A stretch of 64,000 nucleotides of DNA from an uncultured Actinomycetota bacterium (GTDB taxonomy: Bacteria; Actinomycetota; Actinomycetes; Mycobacteriales; QHCD01). The stretch covers positions 192,270 to 256,269 of the forward strand of contig CAVZJT010000010.1 of the NCBI GenBank assembly GCA_963775655.1, read 5' to 3'. Below are positions 37,669 through 46,104 of this stretch, in pieces. The notes below the pieces were generated by a model, which was not told the origin of the DNA, made no database searches, and was given only the letters and a program-made list of their open reading frames with translations. The translations under genes and the position numbers were made by a program. The stretch's first letter is position 1. Each line of letters begins with the position of its first letter.

Positions 37669-37738
37669 CGCCGTTCGGCGTGAACGTGACGTTCAAGCCT
37701 TCTAGTGGCATCAACGTCACGTTGATACCGAACGGCGG
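37669..37738. repeat. Family 2 composite palindrome (two TGAACGT-S-ACGTTCA-type units inside an 11-bp inverted repeat)
   Basis: CCGCCGTTCGG, GGCGTGAACGTGACGTTCAAGCC, TTCTAGT, GGCATCAACGTCACGTTGATACC, GAACGGCGG. Same unit order as 23324-23385. Lies in the ygfZ / aminotransferase divergent region. Confidence 0.85.
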
Positions 37739-37763
37739 AGGGCGCCCACTACGCTGCGCAGGC

Positions 37764-38597
37764 GTGAGTGACCATGTGCTCGGTGTCCTGGGTGGCGGGC
37801 TGATCGACCCGGCGACCCCCCTTCTGCGGGCCGACGACCTCGGCGTCGTACGCGGAGATGCCGTCTTCGAGACCCTTCGGCTGCACGAGGGGCGCCTCGA
37901 CGCCCTCGACGCCCATCTGGGCCGGCTGGTGCGGTCCGCGTCGGCCCTCGGCCTGCCCGACCCCGACCTCACGGCCTGGCGGGCGCTCATCGACGACGTG
38001 GTCGCCGGGTGGGGCGAGCGGGGCGAGGCAATGCTGCGGCTGGTGCTGACCCGCGGGGTCGAGGGCGGCCCGCCGACGGCCTTCGCCCTGATCGCGCCCG
38101 TCCCGGCATCGACGCTGGCGGCCCGACGGCACGGCGTCCGGGTGGTCACCCTCTCGCGCGGCGTCTCCTCGACCGCCCACCACGACTCACCCTGGCTGCT
38201 CGGCGGCGCCAAGACCACCTCGTACGCCGTGAACATGGCCGCCCAGCGATACGCCCAGGCGCTCGGTTCCGACGACGTCATTTTCGTCAGCACCGACGGC
38301 CTGGTCCTCGAAGCGCCCACCGCGACGGTCGTCTGGGCGGTCGGGGAAACCCTGCATACCCCGCCCACGACCGTCGGGATCCTCGACGGGACGACGGTGC
38401 ACACCCTCTTCGATCACGCCGCCGATCAGGGATTCGCCACCTCGGTGACGACGACCGCGGTCGCCGGTCTGCACGCGGCCGACGGGGTCTGGCTGGTGTC
38501 CAGCGTCCGGGGGGCGGTGGCGGTCACCGCGATCGATGGCACCGAGCGCGGCGACGCCGGCCTCACCGCCCGGGTGCAGTCGGCAGCGGGCCTCTAG
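37764..38597 (+). CDS. Class IV aminotransferase / aminodeoxychorismate lyase-like (Rv0812-like)
   Basis: GTG at 37764; the upstream part of the track ORF is the repeat. Motifs GDAVFETLRL, GAKTTSY, ILDGTT. Confidence 0.8.
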   Translation: MSDHVLGVLGGGLIDPATPLLRADDLGVVRGDAVFETLRLHEGRLDALDAHLGRLVRSASALGLPDPDLTAWRALIDDVVAGWGERGEAMLRLVLTRGVEGGPPTAFALIAPVPASTLAARRHGVRVVTLSRGVSSTAHHDSPWLLGGAKTTSYAVNMAAQRYAQALGSDDVIFVSTDGLVLEAPTATVVWAVGETLHTPPTTVGILDGTTVHTLFDHAADQGFATSVTTTAVAGLHAADGVWLVSSVRGAVAVTAIDGTERGDAGLTARVQSAAGL

Positions 38598-38917
38598 GCC
38601 GGTAGATGCGGGTCCTACCGGCGGAGTTGTCCTCGTCACGACATTTCTGCATTGCGGCCGAGCCTCCGCGCACGTAGCGTCTCGGGTACACGAGAGAGGA
38701 GGTGGTCCTAGGTTGAATAGCTACTGGACTCGTGAGGTGGCTGTCCGCTAGCCGCCGTCTTTTCTGACCCGGTTTTGCCGAGGTCGCCGATGTGCGGCGC
38801 GGTGAATACCAGGCAGCCACCCGACCCCCGGGCCGCCGGTTTGTCCAGCCGGCCTGCGTCGTCACCGTACGGCGCAGCCCCGCCCGGGGGTCGCTTTATC
38901 GTTCCGGGCCGGATGCC

Positions 38918-39460
38918 CTAGCCGCTGATGCGCTCGAGCCGCGCGGACAGATGCGGCTGCAGGCGCTGGCCCATCGCGGCCATGTCCATCGCGTAGAGCA
39001 GCGCCCCCTCGACGATCCCGTACAACCGGTGGTTGCCGGTGACCTCCTTGGCCGTCGCGGTGCGCGCGACGACGTCGGTGGCCATCTCCCACTGGGTCGC
39101 CGTCTTCGCGGTCCCGATATAGATCTCGGTGATCCCGGTGGTGTGGGCGAGCATGACCTCGAACTGCTCGTCCTCGCCGGGACGCCACCAGCCGACCTCC
39201 CGGTGTGACGGTCGGATGACCCCGCCGTCGGCGTCGAGCAACCAGGACTGCGACTCGTAGGACAGGAACGGCCGCCCGTCGTGGGCGAACCGCACCTGCT
39301 GCCCGTAGTCGAAATCCTCGATCGTCGGGTAGCCGCCCTTGCCGACGCCCCGCCAGGTGCCGACCAGCGGCAGCAGCGGAAGCAGCGCCGGGTGCAGGTC
39401 GGGACCCGATCGCAGGTCGTCGGTGTCCGCCGGAATCGGGATTCCGTCCACTGTGGACAC
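38918..39460 (-). CDS. FABP/nitrobindin family protein (DUF1794, Rv0813c-like)
   Basis: 180-aa ORF. Motifs LLPLVGTWRGVGKGGYPTI and HREVGWWR. Confidence 0.8.
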   Translation of the reverse strand: MSTVDGIPIPADTDDLRSGPDLHPALLPLLPLVGTWRGVGKGGYPTIEDFDYGQQVRFAHDGRPFLSYESQSWLLDADGGVIRPSHREVGWWRPGEDEQFEVMLAHTTGITEIYIGTAKTATQWEMATDVVARTATAKEVTGNHRLYGIVEGALLYAMDMAAMGQRLQPHLSARLERISG

Positions 39461-39556
39461 CTACCGCTGGGAGAGCCGGTAGACGGCGTACGCCGACGAA
39501 CCTGCGAGTACGAGACAGCCGGCGATCAACACGACCAGACTCAAGGTGGCGAGCAC
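39461..39556 (-). CDS. Possible 31-aa hydrophobic micro-protein
   Basis: GTG ... VLATLSLVVLIAGCLVLAGSSAYAVYRLSQR. Its TAG stop abuts the GTG start of the nitrobindin gene (TAGGTG). No clear SD. Confidence 0.3.
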   Translation of the reverse strand: MLATLSLVVLIAGCLVLAGSSAYAVYRLSQR

Positions 39557-39590
39557 CGGTCGAGCGTAACGCGGCGAGGCTGCCGCAGGG

Positions 39591-39881
39591 TCAGGCCAGT
39601 TCGAGTGTCACGTCGGTGACGCCGCGGTCGGCGGCCACCGCCTGCTCGGCCTGGGCACCGGGGGCCAGGGCCCGCAGCGTCCAGGTACCGGGCGCGGCGA
39701 AGAACCGGAACCCGCCCGATGCGCCGGTCGGCACCTCGGCGGTGAACTCGCCCGAGCCGTCCAGCAGCCGGACGTACGCCGACGCCGCCGGGGCGCCGTC
39801 GCGCACGACCCGGCCCTGGATCACGGTCTCGGTGTCGGCGACGCCGGTAAGCGTCGCGTCCTGGTCAGGTGCTCCACACAC
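39591..39881 (-). CDS. DUF1416 domain-containing protein (SseC-like)
   Basis: GTG at 39881, 2 nt after the rhodanese stop. 96 aa. Core motifs VIQGRVV and YVRLLDGSGEFTAEV...GGFRFFAAPGTWTLRAL match SseC2 as I recall it. Confidence 0.8.
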   Translation of the reverse strand: MCGAPDQDATLTGVADTETVIQGRVVRDGAPAASAYVRLLDGSGEFTAEVPTGASGGFRFFAAPGTWTLRALAPGAQAEQAVAADRGVTDVTLELA

Positions 39882-39883
39882 AG

Positions 39884-40717
39884 TCAGGCTCCCTTCTGGA
39901 CCGGAACGCCCACCAGCGAGCCGTATTCGGTCCATGATCCGTCGTAGTTCTTCACCTTCGAGTGACCGAGCAGTTCGCGCAGCACGAACCAGGTGTGCGA
40001 CGAGCGCTCACCGATCCGGCAGTAGGCGATCGTTTCGCGGGCGTCGTCGAGACCGGCGTCGCCGTAGATCTTCCGCAGCTCGTCGTCGGACTTGAAGGTG
40101 CCGTCGTCGTTGGCCGCCTTGCTCCACGGCACGTTGATCGCCGACGGGATGTGCCCGCCGACCTGGCTCTGCTCCTGCGGCAGGTGCGCCGGCGCGAGCA
40201 GCTTGCCGGAGAACTCGTCGGGCGACCGTACGTCGACCAGGTTCTTGGCGCCGATCGCGCTGACCACCTCGTCGCGGAACGCCCGGATCGAGCTGTCCTG
40301 GGCCTTGGCCTTGTAGGTCGTCGCGGGACGGTTGGTCGGGTCGCTGGTCAGCGTCCGCGACTCGAGCTCCCACTTCTTGCGACCACCGTCGAGCAGCTTG
40401 ACGTCCTGGTGGCCGTAGACCTTGAAGTACCAGTAGGCGTAGGCCGCGAACCAGTTGTTGTTGCCGCCGTACAGCACGACGGTGTCGTCGTTGCCGATGC
40501 CGCGCGCCGACAGCAGCTTCTCGAACTGCTCCTGGTCGACGAAGTCGCGGCGGGTGCCGTCCTGCAGGTCCTTCTTCCAGTCCAGCTTGACGGCGCCGGG
40601 GATGTGTCCGCCGTCGTAGGCGGATACGTCTTCGTCGACCTCGACGAAGACGACGCCGGGGGTGTCGAGATTCTTCTCCGCCCAGTCGGCGGAGACGAGC
40701 ACGTCGGATCTGCTCAT
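39884..40717 (-). CDS. Thiosulfate sulfurtransferase (tandem rhodanese, CysA/SseB-like)
   Basis: ATG at 40717 after AAGGGAG. 277 aa. Active-site loop YCRIGERSSHTW. Confidence 0.9.
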   Translation of the reverse strand: MSRSDVLVSADWAEKNLDTPGVVFVEVDEDVSAYDGGHIPGAVKLDWKKDLQDGTRRDFVDQEQFEKLLSARGIGNDDTVVLYGGNNNWFAAYAYWYFKVYGHQDVKLLDGGRKKWELESRTLTSDPTNRPATTYKAKAQDSSIRAFRDEVVSAIGAKNLVDVRSPDEFSGKLLAPAHLPQEQSQVGGHIPSAINVPWSKAANDDGTFKSDDELRKIYGDAGLDDARETIAYCRIGERSSHTWFVLRELLGHSKVKNYDGSWTEYGSLVGVPVQKGA

Positions 40718-41139
40718 GCGGTAGCTCCCTTGTGATTGGTGGTACGGACGATGATCAGATACGTCTGACATCCGAGGCACAGGCCGAAGGCGGCGTTGAG
40801 GAACGCCGCCGCGAGTGCGACCGCGGTGGCGGCCAGGCCGAGCGCGGGGATCCCGGCGAGGAAGCCGGCGGTCCCGAGGGCGGCGAAGACGAAGCCGACG
40901 CCCTGCGCGAACCTCGGCGGCGGCTCCGGCTCACGTTGTGCCGGTGACGTGAGGTGCGGCGCCACGGCCCGCCGGTAGAGCACGCCGTACGGCGCATGCC
41001 TCAGCCCCGCGAACGCCCCTACCGCGAAGACTAGGGTCTGGGCGAGCAGCAGCCAGCCGCTGCCGGTCACCAGGACGACCGCCAGCACCACGGTCGTGAT
41101 CCAGGCGGAAAACCGCAGACCACGTGAATCGACGTTCAC
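40714..41139 (-). CDS. DUF4395 domain-containing membrane protein
   Basis: GTG at 41139 after AGGAG. 141 aa with four TM segments and a C-terminal GLCLGC motif. ATGA overlap with the rhodanese gene. Confidence 0.7.
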   Translation of the reverse strand: MNVDSRGLRFSAWITTVVLAVVLVTGSGWLLLAQTLVFAVGAFAGLRHAPYGVLYRRAVAPHLTSPAQREPEPPPRFAQGVGFVFAALGTAGFLAGIPALGLAATAVALAAAFLNAAFGLCLGCQTYLIIVRTTNHKGATA

Positions 41140-41220
41140 GGGAGGCTCCTGACGGTCGCGTACGGGCGGGCACATCAGGCGGCCGGATCGATCAGTCTCC
41201 TACGACGAACGGCCGCCGGG

Positions 41221-41295
41221 TCAGGAGAATCGACACAGGCAGCTGCCCACGCGGCACAGATCCACCGCGCGGCGAGAGGTGAGCAGCATGCTCAT
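41221..41295 (-). CDS. Candidate upstream mini-ORF 2 (24 aa, three Cys)
   Basis: ATG AGC ATG ... MSMLLTSRRAVDLCRVGSCLCRFS, then TGA. Lies in the 153-nt leader of the DUF4395-rhodanese operon. Confidence 0.3.
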   Translation of the reverse strand: MSMLLTSRRAVDLCRVGSCLCRFS

Positions 41296-41305
41296 GCGCG
41301 CCACC

Positions 41306-41329
41306 CTAACAGCAGGCGCCGCCGAGCAT
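41306..41329 (-). CDS. Candidate upstream mini-ORF 1 (MLGGACC)
   Basis: The ATG overlaps the thioredoxin TGA (TGATG). 7 codons ending Cys-Cys-stop. Confidence 0.3.
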   Translation of the reverse strand: MLGGACC

Positions 41330-41763
41330 CAGTCCGCGGCCCGTTCCCGGGCGACCGCCGCGCGGACGTCGGCCAGGCGGGGCTGACCGACCGCCCGGGT
41401 GACCACGCGGCCGCTCCGGTCGAGGATCAGGACGGTCGGCGTACGCCGGATGTCGAGGGCCCGCACCTCGTCCAGATGGGATTCCGCGTCGATCTCGACG
41501 TGGGCCACGCCGGGGGTGTCGGCGGCCACCCGCGCGAGGGTCGCCCGGGTGGCCCGGCACGGCGCGCAGAACGCCGAGGAGAACTGCACCAGGGTCATGT
41601 CGGCCGCCGCGGGATCCACGCCCAGCCCGGCGAGGGTGGTGTCGGCGAGCGACTCGGCGGTTTCCGGCTCGGAGCGCACCCGGCCGTCGCGGCTCCGCCA
41701 GAGCAGTCCGACGGCGGTCGCGCCGACGAGTACGGCAGCGAGAACGATGACTCCGATCACCAT
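41329..41763 (-). CDS. Membrane-anchored thioredoxin family protein (ThiX/TlpA-like)
   Basis: 144 aa. N-terminal TM helix, CxxC motif FCAPC, and the cis-Pro region RRTPTVLIL. Confidence 0.8.
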   Translation of the reverse strand: MVIGVIVLAAVLVGATAVGLLWRSRDGRVRSEPETAESLADTTLAGLGVDPAAADMTLVQFSSAFCAPCRATRATLARVAADTPGVAHVEIDAESHLDEVRALDIRRTPTVLILDRSGRVVTRAVGQPRLADVRAAVARERAAD

Positions 41764-41793
41764 TCCAGGGTGCCACGGGCGCGCACCGGGGGG

Positions 41794-42507
41794 TCAGGGC
41801 GCCGTGAGCAGGGCGTCGCGCCGCAACACGACGTGGTCGACCCGGCCGGCGGCGACGATCCCGCCCGCGGCCGGATGCACGTCGGTGACCTGCACCCCGA
41901 ACGGCAGCCGCCCGAGCGGGACCTCGAAGCTCAGCGCGCCGAGCACCTGCGCGAGGGCCGCCTCGGGCAGGCTGCCCTGCCCACTCTTCGGGGCCCGCGC
42001 GCCGATCCGGAGTGCGTCGCCGGACACCGCCACGGTGGCGGTCGCGGTGATGGACAGGCGCTGGCCGAACACGGTGAGTGGTGCGGTGATGGCCACCCCG
42101 TCACCGGATTTGTGCAGCTGCAGACCGGGCACCTTGCTGGCCGACGCGATGTCGGCGTAGGGCACGGTGACCTGGCCCTGCACCCGGTCGACCGGGACGC
42201 TGGTGACCCGGCGATGGATGACGTCGCCGGCGGGGATGTGCGCCCCGATCAGGTGTACGTCGACCGCCAGCCCGGGAAGCTGGGAGACGTCGACCCCGTG
42301 TGCGCTGACCTCGATGTCGTCGTACCGGCCGTCGGCGAGCTGGGTGAGGAACGGCCACCCGTGCACCGTGACGTCCGGCTTCTGGCTGAGCTGCAACTGG
42401 TCGCGGAGGTCGCCTGCCGCGATCGATTCCGCGGCGAAGGCCGCCGCCCGGTCGGCGACGACGAGCAGGAGGACGAGCACCACCACCGCGATGAGCAGTT
42501 TGCGCAC
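41794..42507 (-). CDS. DUF2993 (LmeA-like) lipid-binding envelope protein (Rv0817c-like)
   Basis: GTG at 42507, 2 nt after the upstream stop. 237 aa. N-terminal TM helix, then the beta-rich DUF2993 pattern (VTVHGWPFLTQLADGRYDDIEV). Confidence 0.7.
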   Translation of the reverse strand: MRKLLIAVVVLVLLLVVADRAAAFAAESIAAGDLRDQLQLSQKPDVTVHGWPFLTQLADGRYDDIEVSAHGVDVSQLPGLAVDVHLIGAHIPAGDVIHRRVTSVPVDRVQGQVTVPYADIASASKVPGLQLHKSGDGVAITAPLTVFGQRLSITATATVAVSGDALRIGARAPKSGQGSLPEAALAQVLGALSFEVPLGRLPFGVQVTDVHPAAGGIVAAGRVDHVVLRRDALLTAP

Positions 42508-42509
42508 GG

Positions 42510-43349
42510 TCAGCCCACCACGATCCGGCCGAGCACGTAGGCCACCGGAGCGGTGGCCGCCAGCGGCAGCGCGATCTTCAGGTAGGGCAGGGCGAGCCAC
42601 CACAGCGGGTCGCGGCGGGGCGTCGCGGCCGTCTCGATGTAGCTGACGCCGACGGCGACCAGGCCGGCCACCAGGCCGAGCACGATCCCGATGAACACCG
42701 CACCGGCCCGGGTCACCTGACTCACGCCGTCCAGCCGCCAAGCACAGGCGAAAGCCGCGACGGCAGCGCCCACGAGTGCCGCGAGCGCGCCGCGCGGCAC
42801 GTCGTCGGAGAAGCGGGGCAGCGGCAGCACCGCGTCGACCAGGTGTCCGACGCAGACCGCCGACCCGACGGCGAGCACGGCGGCCGACACCAGATCTGCT
42901 CCGGCGGGAATGCGGTGCAGCACCAGCAGCGACGCCGAACCGACGGTGAGCGTCACCAGGGTCGCGACACCCGCGATCGAGGCGGTGGCCCGGACCCGGA
43001 CCACACCCCGGCACAACTGGTGCACGAGCATGGCCAGGAACGCGAGGGCGAGTACGGAGAGCAGCGCGGCGAGGCTCGGGGGCGCGTAGACCGCCGCCGC
43101 GACGTCGGCGCCGGCTGCAGTGGCCAGCCCGAGTACCAGGGTGCCGATCCGGCCGGGCAGCGCCAGCCCGGTCATCCAGGCGAGCACCATCAGCGCCTGC
43201 ACCGCGGCGAGGGCGCCCACCAGACCGGACCATCCGGCCGCCGCCGGTATCCCCGCGAGCGCCGCAGTGACCACGGCCGCAAGAGCCGCCGCCTCGAGGT
43301 GGGCACGGCGGACCCGCGGTGGCGCAGTCGCCGGATCCGTCTGCGTCAC
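42510..43349 (-). CDS. Polytopic membrane protein, family not recognised
   Basis: GTG at 43349 overlaps the hydrolase stop (GTGA). 279 aa with about 8 hydrophobic segments. Confidence 0.6.
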   Translation of the reverse strand: MTQTDPATAPPRVRRAHLEAAALAAVVTAALAGIPAAAGWSGLVGALAAVQALMVLAWMTGLALPGRIGTLVLGLATAAGADVAAAVYAPPSLAALLSVLALAFLAMLVHQLCRGVVRVRATASIAGVATLVTLTVGSASLLVLHRIPAGADLVSAAVLAVGSAVCVGHLVDAVLPLPRFSDDVPRGALAALVGAAVAAFACAWRLDGVSQVTRAGAVFIGIVLGLVAGLVAVGVSYIETAATPRRDPLWWLALPYLKIALPLAATAPVAYVLGRIVVG

Positions 43350-44158
43350 GGGCCGACCGGGTCGGACCGGTCGGCCACGGGTGCGACCTCGTCGACGCCC
43401 GCCGCCCGGGCCCGGATCCACCGACCGATGTCGCTCATCAGCGCCGGTGTCGTCCCGAGTTCCGCGTGTCCCATCCCGGTAATGATCCACAGGTCGGCGC
43501 CCGGGCCCGCGGCCGCGGCCAGCGCCCGGGGGTGTTCCACCGGGAAATAGAAGTCGCGGTCGCCGTGCACGATCAGCAGCGGAGTGGGCGGGATCCGCCC
43601 CACGACCTCCACCGGCGACTCGGGGACGACGTCCCAGTGGTTGACCAGCCGGGTGCGCATGACGCATCGGGCGGTGGCCCGGCCGAGCGCGGTCTCGCAG
43701 AGCCAGTGCACCCGACGCATCGGCAGCGTGTCCCGCACGAACCACCGCGACAGCGCGCTCACGCTCACGACCGCGTCGACCCCGCCGCGGAGCGCGGCGT
43801 GCCGAAGCGCGACCGAGCCCCCCATTGAGAAGCCGAGCGTGGCGATCCGCTCGTAGCCGCGCTCGCGCGCGGCCTGGACCGCCGCCTCCAGATCCAGGAC
43901 CTCGGCGTCGCCGAGGGTCGACCGGCCGGGTGAGTCGCCGTGCCCGCGGAAGTCGCAGGCGATCACTCCCGCGAAGGTGGCTGCCGCCTCCAGGATCCGG
44001 CGGACGCTGTGCCGGGACACCGAACCGGTGAAGCCGTGGCCCACCACGACGGCGAGCGAACGGTCCGGCCCGGGCAGATGGACACCGGAGAGCGTCAGGC
44101 CGTCCTCGGTCTCGGCCTGGAGAGGCTCGCCGTAGTCGCCCGGATCGGAGGTGCTCAC
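43346..44158 (-). CDS. Alpha/beta hydrolase
   Basis: 270 aa. HGF oxyanion motif, nucleophile elbow GFSMGG, and a C-terminal Asp/His (HGDRD ... GMGHAE). Confidence 0.8.
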   Translation of the reverse strand: MSTSDPGDYGEPLQAETEDGLTLSGVHLPGPDRSLAVVVGHGFTGSVSRHSVRRILEAAATFAGVIACDFRGHGDSPGRSTLGDAEVLDLEAAVQAARERGYERIATLGFSMGGSVALRHAALRGGVDAVVSVSALSRWFVRDTLPMRRVHWLCETALGRATARCVMRTRLVNHWDVVPESPVEVVGRIPPTPLLIVHGDRDFYFPVEHPRALAAAAGPGADLWIITGMGHAELGTTPALMSDIGRWIRARAAGVDEVAPVADRSDPVGP

Positions 44159-44254
44159 GTGGGTTATCCTTCCCCACTACAGGGTCCGGGCAACGTCGGT
44201 CGGCGACGCCGGGTCCTGTCGTCGTTTCCGGACCCCCGCAGAGGGAGTTGCCCC

Positions 44255-44965
44255 GTGGACCTGCTGCTGATGACGACGGCCCGCCAGCCCACCGCCGAGG
44301 TCCTGCCCGCGCTGGGGTTGCTGAGCCACCGGGTGGCGGTGGTCCGGCCGGAGATCAGCGTCATGCTCGACGCGCCGGCGGTCGACGCCGTACTCGTCGA
44401 CGCCCGTCGGGACCTGTCCGCCGCGCGCAGCCTGCTCCGGCTGCTCAGCACGACGGGCGTGGCCTGCCCGGTGGTCGCCGTACTCACCGAGGGTGGCCTG
44501 GCCGCCCTGGCCGCCGACTGGGGGGTCGACGACGTCGTCCTCGACACCGCCGGGCCGGCCGAGGTGGAGGCGCGGCTGCGACTCGCCGTGGGTCGGCGTA
44601 CCGGCAGCGAGAGTGCGACGAGCGCCCTGACCCGGGTCGGCGACCTCGCGGTCGACGAGGAGACCTATACCGCGCGGCTGCGCGGCCGGCCGATCGACCT
44701 GACCTACAAGGAGTTCGAGCTGCTGAAGTTCCTGGCCCAGCACGCCGGCCGGGTGTTCTCGCGCGCGCAACTCCTGCAGGAGGTCTGGGGCTACGACTAC
44801 TACGGCGGCACGCGGACGGTCGACGTACACGTACGTCGGTTGCGGGCCAAGCTCGGCGCCGAGCACGAGGCGCTGATCGGCACCGTACGCAACGTCGGTT
44901 ACAAGTTCGTCCGGCAGACGGCAGGTGGTACGAGCGCGGAGGCGGACTCCCCGGTCCACCAGTGA
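44255..44965 (+). CDS. glnR: Nitrogen-metabolism response regulator GlnR (OmpR family, atypical receiver)
   Basis: GTG at 44255, 8 nt after [15 protein letters not shown]...[11 protein letters not shown]...; the winged helix is near-identical to GlnR as I recall it ([65 protein letters not shown]). Confidence 0.9.
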   Translation: MDLLLMTTARQPTAEVLPALGLLSHRVAVVRPEISVMLDAPAVDAVLVDARRDLSAARSLLRLLSTTGVACPVVAVLTEGGLAALAADWGVDDVVLDTAGPAEVEARLRLAVGRRTGSESATSALTRVGDLAVDEETYTARLRGRPIDLTYKEFELLKFLAQHAGRVFSRAQLLQEVWGYDYYGGTRTVDVHVRRLRAKLGAEHEALIGTVRNVGYKFVRQTAGGTSAEADSPVHQ

Positions 44966-45924
44966 CCGTCGACGTCGCATCGCGCGGGCGGCTCTCGGCC
45001 GACGAGACTGCCGAGGTCCTGAGCCTGGTCGCCGCAGCCGCGGCCGCCGACGGCGTAAATCCGCTGTCGGAGGATGTCCTGCTGCACCTGCGCCATGGCG
45101 GTGATCCGGATGCCAGCAACCTGCTCGCGCGCGAGCACGGCACCCTGATCGGCTACGCGCACCTCGACACCGACTCGGTCACCGGGTCGAGCGCCGAGCT
45201 CGCCGTCCATCCCGACCACCGCCGGGCGGGGACCGGCGCGGCCCTGCTCGGGGCGCTGGAGCAGGCCGCCCCGGACGGCGAGCTCCGGTTGTGGGCCCAT
45301 GGGCGGCTGGCCGGCGCCGCGGCGCTCGCGCACAGCCACGGCTACGTCGAGGATCGGGTCCTGTGGCGGATGCGCAGGCCGCTGGATACGCCGATCGACG
45401 AGGTGCGGCTGCCGGCCGGCGTCCGGCTGCGCGCGTTCGTCCCGGGGCAGGACGAGCAGGCCTGGCTCGAGGTCAACAATCGCGCGTTCGCCGACCACCC
45501 CGACCAGGGCCGCTGGACCCTCGACGACGTGCGCGAGCGGGAGCAGGAACCGTGGTTCGACCCGGCGGGATTCCTGCTGGCCGAGCGGGAATCCGACGGC
45601 GCGCTCCTCGGCTTCCACTGGACCAAGGTGCACGAGGGCACCCGCCGGGGCGGGCCGGACGATGACGCGCAGGACCAGGAGCCGATCGGCGAGGTCTATG
45701 TCCTGGGGATCGACCCGGCGGCGCAGGGAAAGGGGCTCGGCCCGACCCTCACCCTCGCCGGGCTGCGCTACCTCCAATCGAAGGGGCTCACCCAGGTCAT
45801 GCTCTACGTCGACGAGTCCAACTCGGCCGCGATGCGCGTCTACGAGCGGCTCGGGTTCAGCCGGTGGGACGTCGACGTCCAGTTCCGGCGGGATGCAGGG
45901 GCCAAACCTGGACCGGTCGGGTGA
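44962..45924 (+). CDS. mshD: Mycothiol synthase (tandem GNAT)
   Basis: GTG at 44962 overlaps the glnR stop (GTGA). 320 aa. Two GNAT domains ([14 protein letters not shown] and [15 protein letters not shown]). glnR-mshD adjacency matches Rv0818-0819. Confidence 0.85.
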   Translation: MTVDVASRGRLSADETAEVLSLVAAAAAADGVNPLSEDVLLHLRHGGDPDASNLLAREHGTLIGYAHLDTDSVTGSSAELAVHPDHRRAGTGAALLGALEQAAPDGELRLWAHGRLAGAAALAHSHGYVEDRVLWRMRRPLDTPIDEVRLPAGVRLRAFVPGQDEQAWLEVNNRAFADHPDQGRWTLDDVREREQEPWFDPAGFLLAERESDGALLGFHWTKVHEGTRRGGPDDDAQDQEPIGEVYVLGIDPAAQGKGLGPTLTLAGLRYLQSKGLTQVMLYVDESNSAAMRVYERLGFSRWDVDVQFRRDAGAKPGPVG

Positions 45925-45936
45925 ATCTGCCCGGCC

Positions 45937-45947
45937 GTTCACCATCC
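45937..45947 (+). promoter_or_regulatory. Candidate PHO-box-like unit GTTCACCATCC
   Basis: GTTCAC core, 168 nt upstream of the pstS start. Confidence 0.3.
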
Positions 45948-45991
45948 GGACACTCGGCCGATTGGCTACGGCGGTCCCATGGTCGGCACGT

Positions 45992-46013
45992 GTTCACGGT
46001 CCGTTAACCGCGC
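45992..46013 (+). promoter_or_regulatory. Candidate PHO box: two tandem 11-nt direct repeat units
   Basis: GTTCACGGTCC and GTTAACCGCGC are directly adjacent (11-nt phasing), 92 nt upstream of the pstS GTG. This resembles the GTTCACC-type units bound by PhoP/PhoB-family regulators in Streptomyces. Confidence 0.4.
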
Positions 46014-46104
46014 CAGGGCCGAGCCGCTACCTGCCTTACCTACCGTCCGATGTATCGCCGGCAAACGGGCCGGTGCATCTCGTCTCGTGCGGAGGACCCG
46101 TCTC

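Noticed and set aside
38690-38730. tRNA-like T-loop (GGTTGAATA) and, on the minus strand, a 16S 3'-end-like CACCTCCT
   Set aside because: No acceptor, D or anticodon stems can be drawn. CACCTCCT is simply the complement of an SD-like GGAGGTG. No rRNA context is present.
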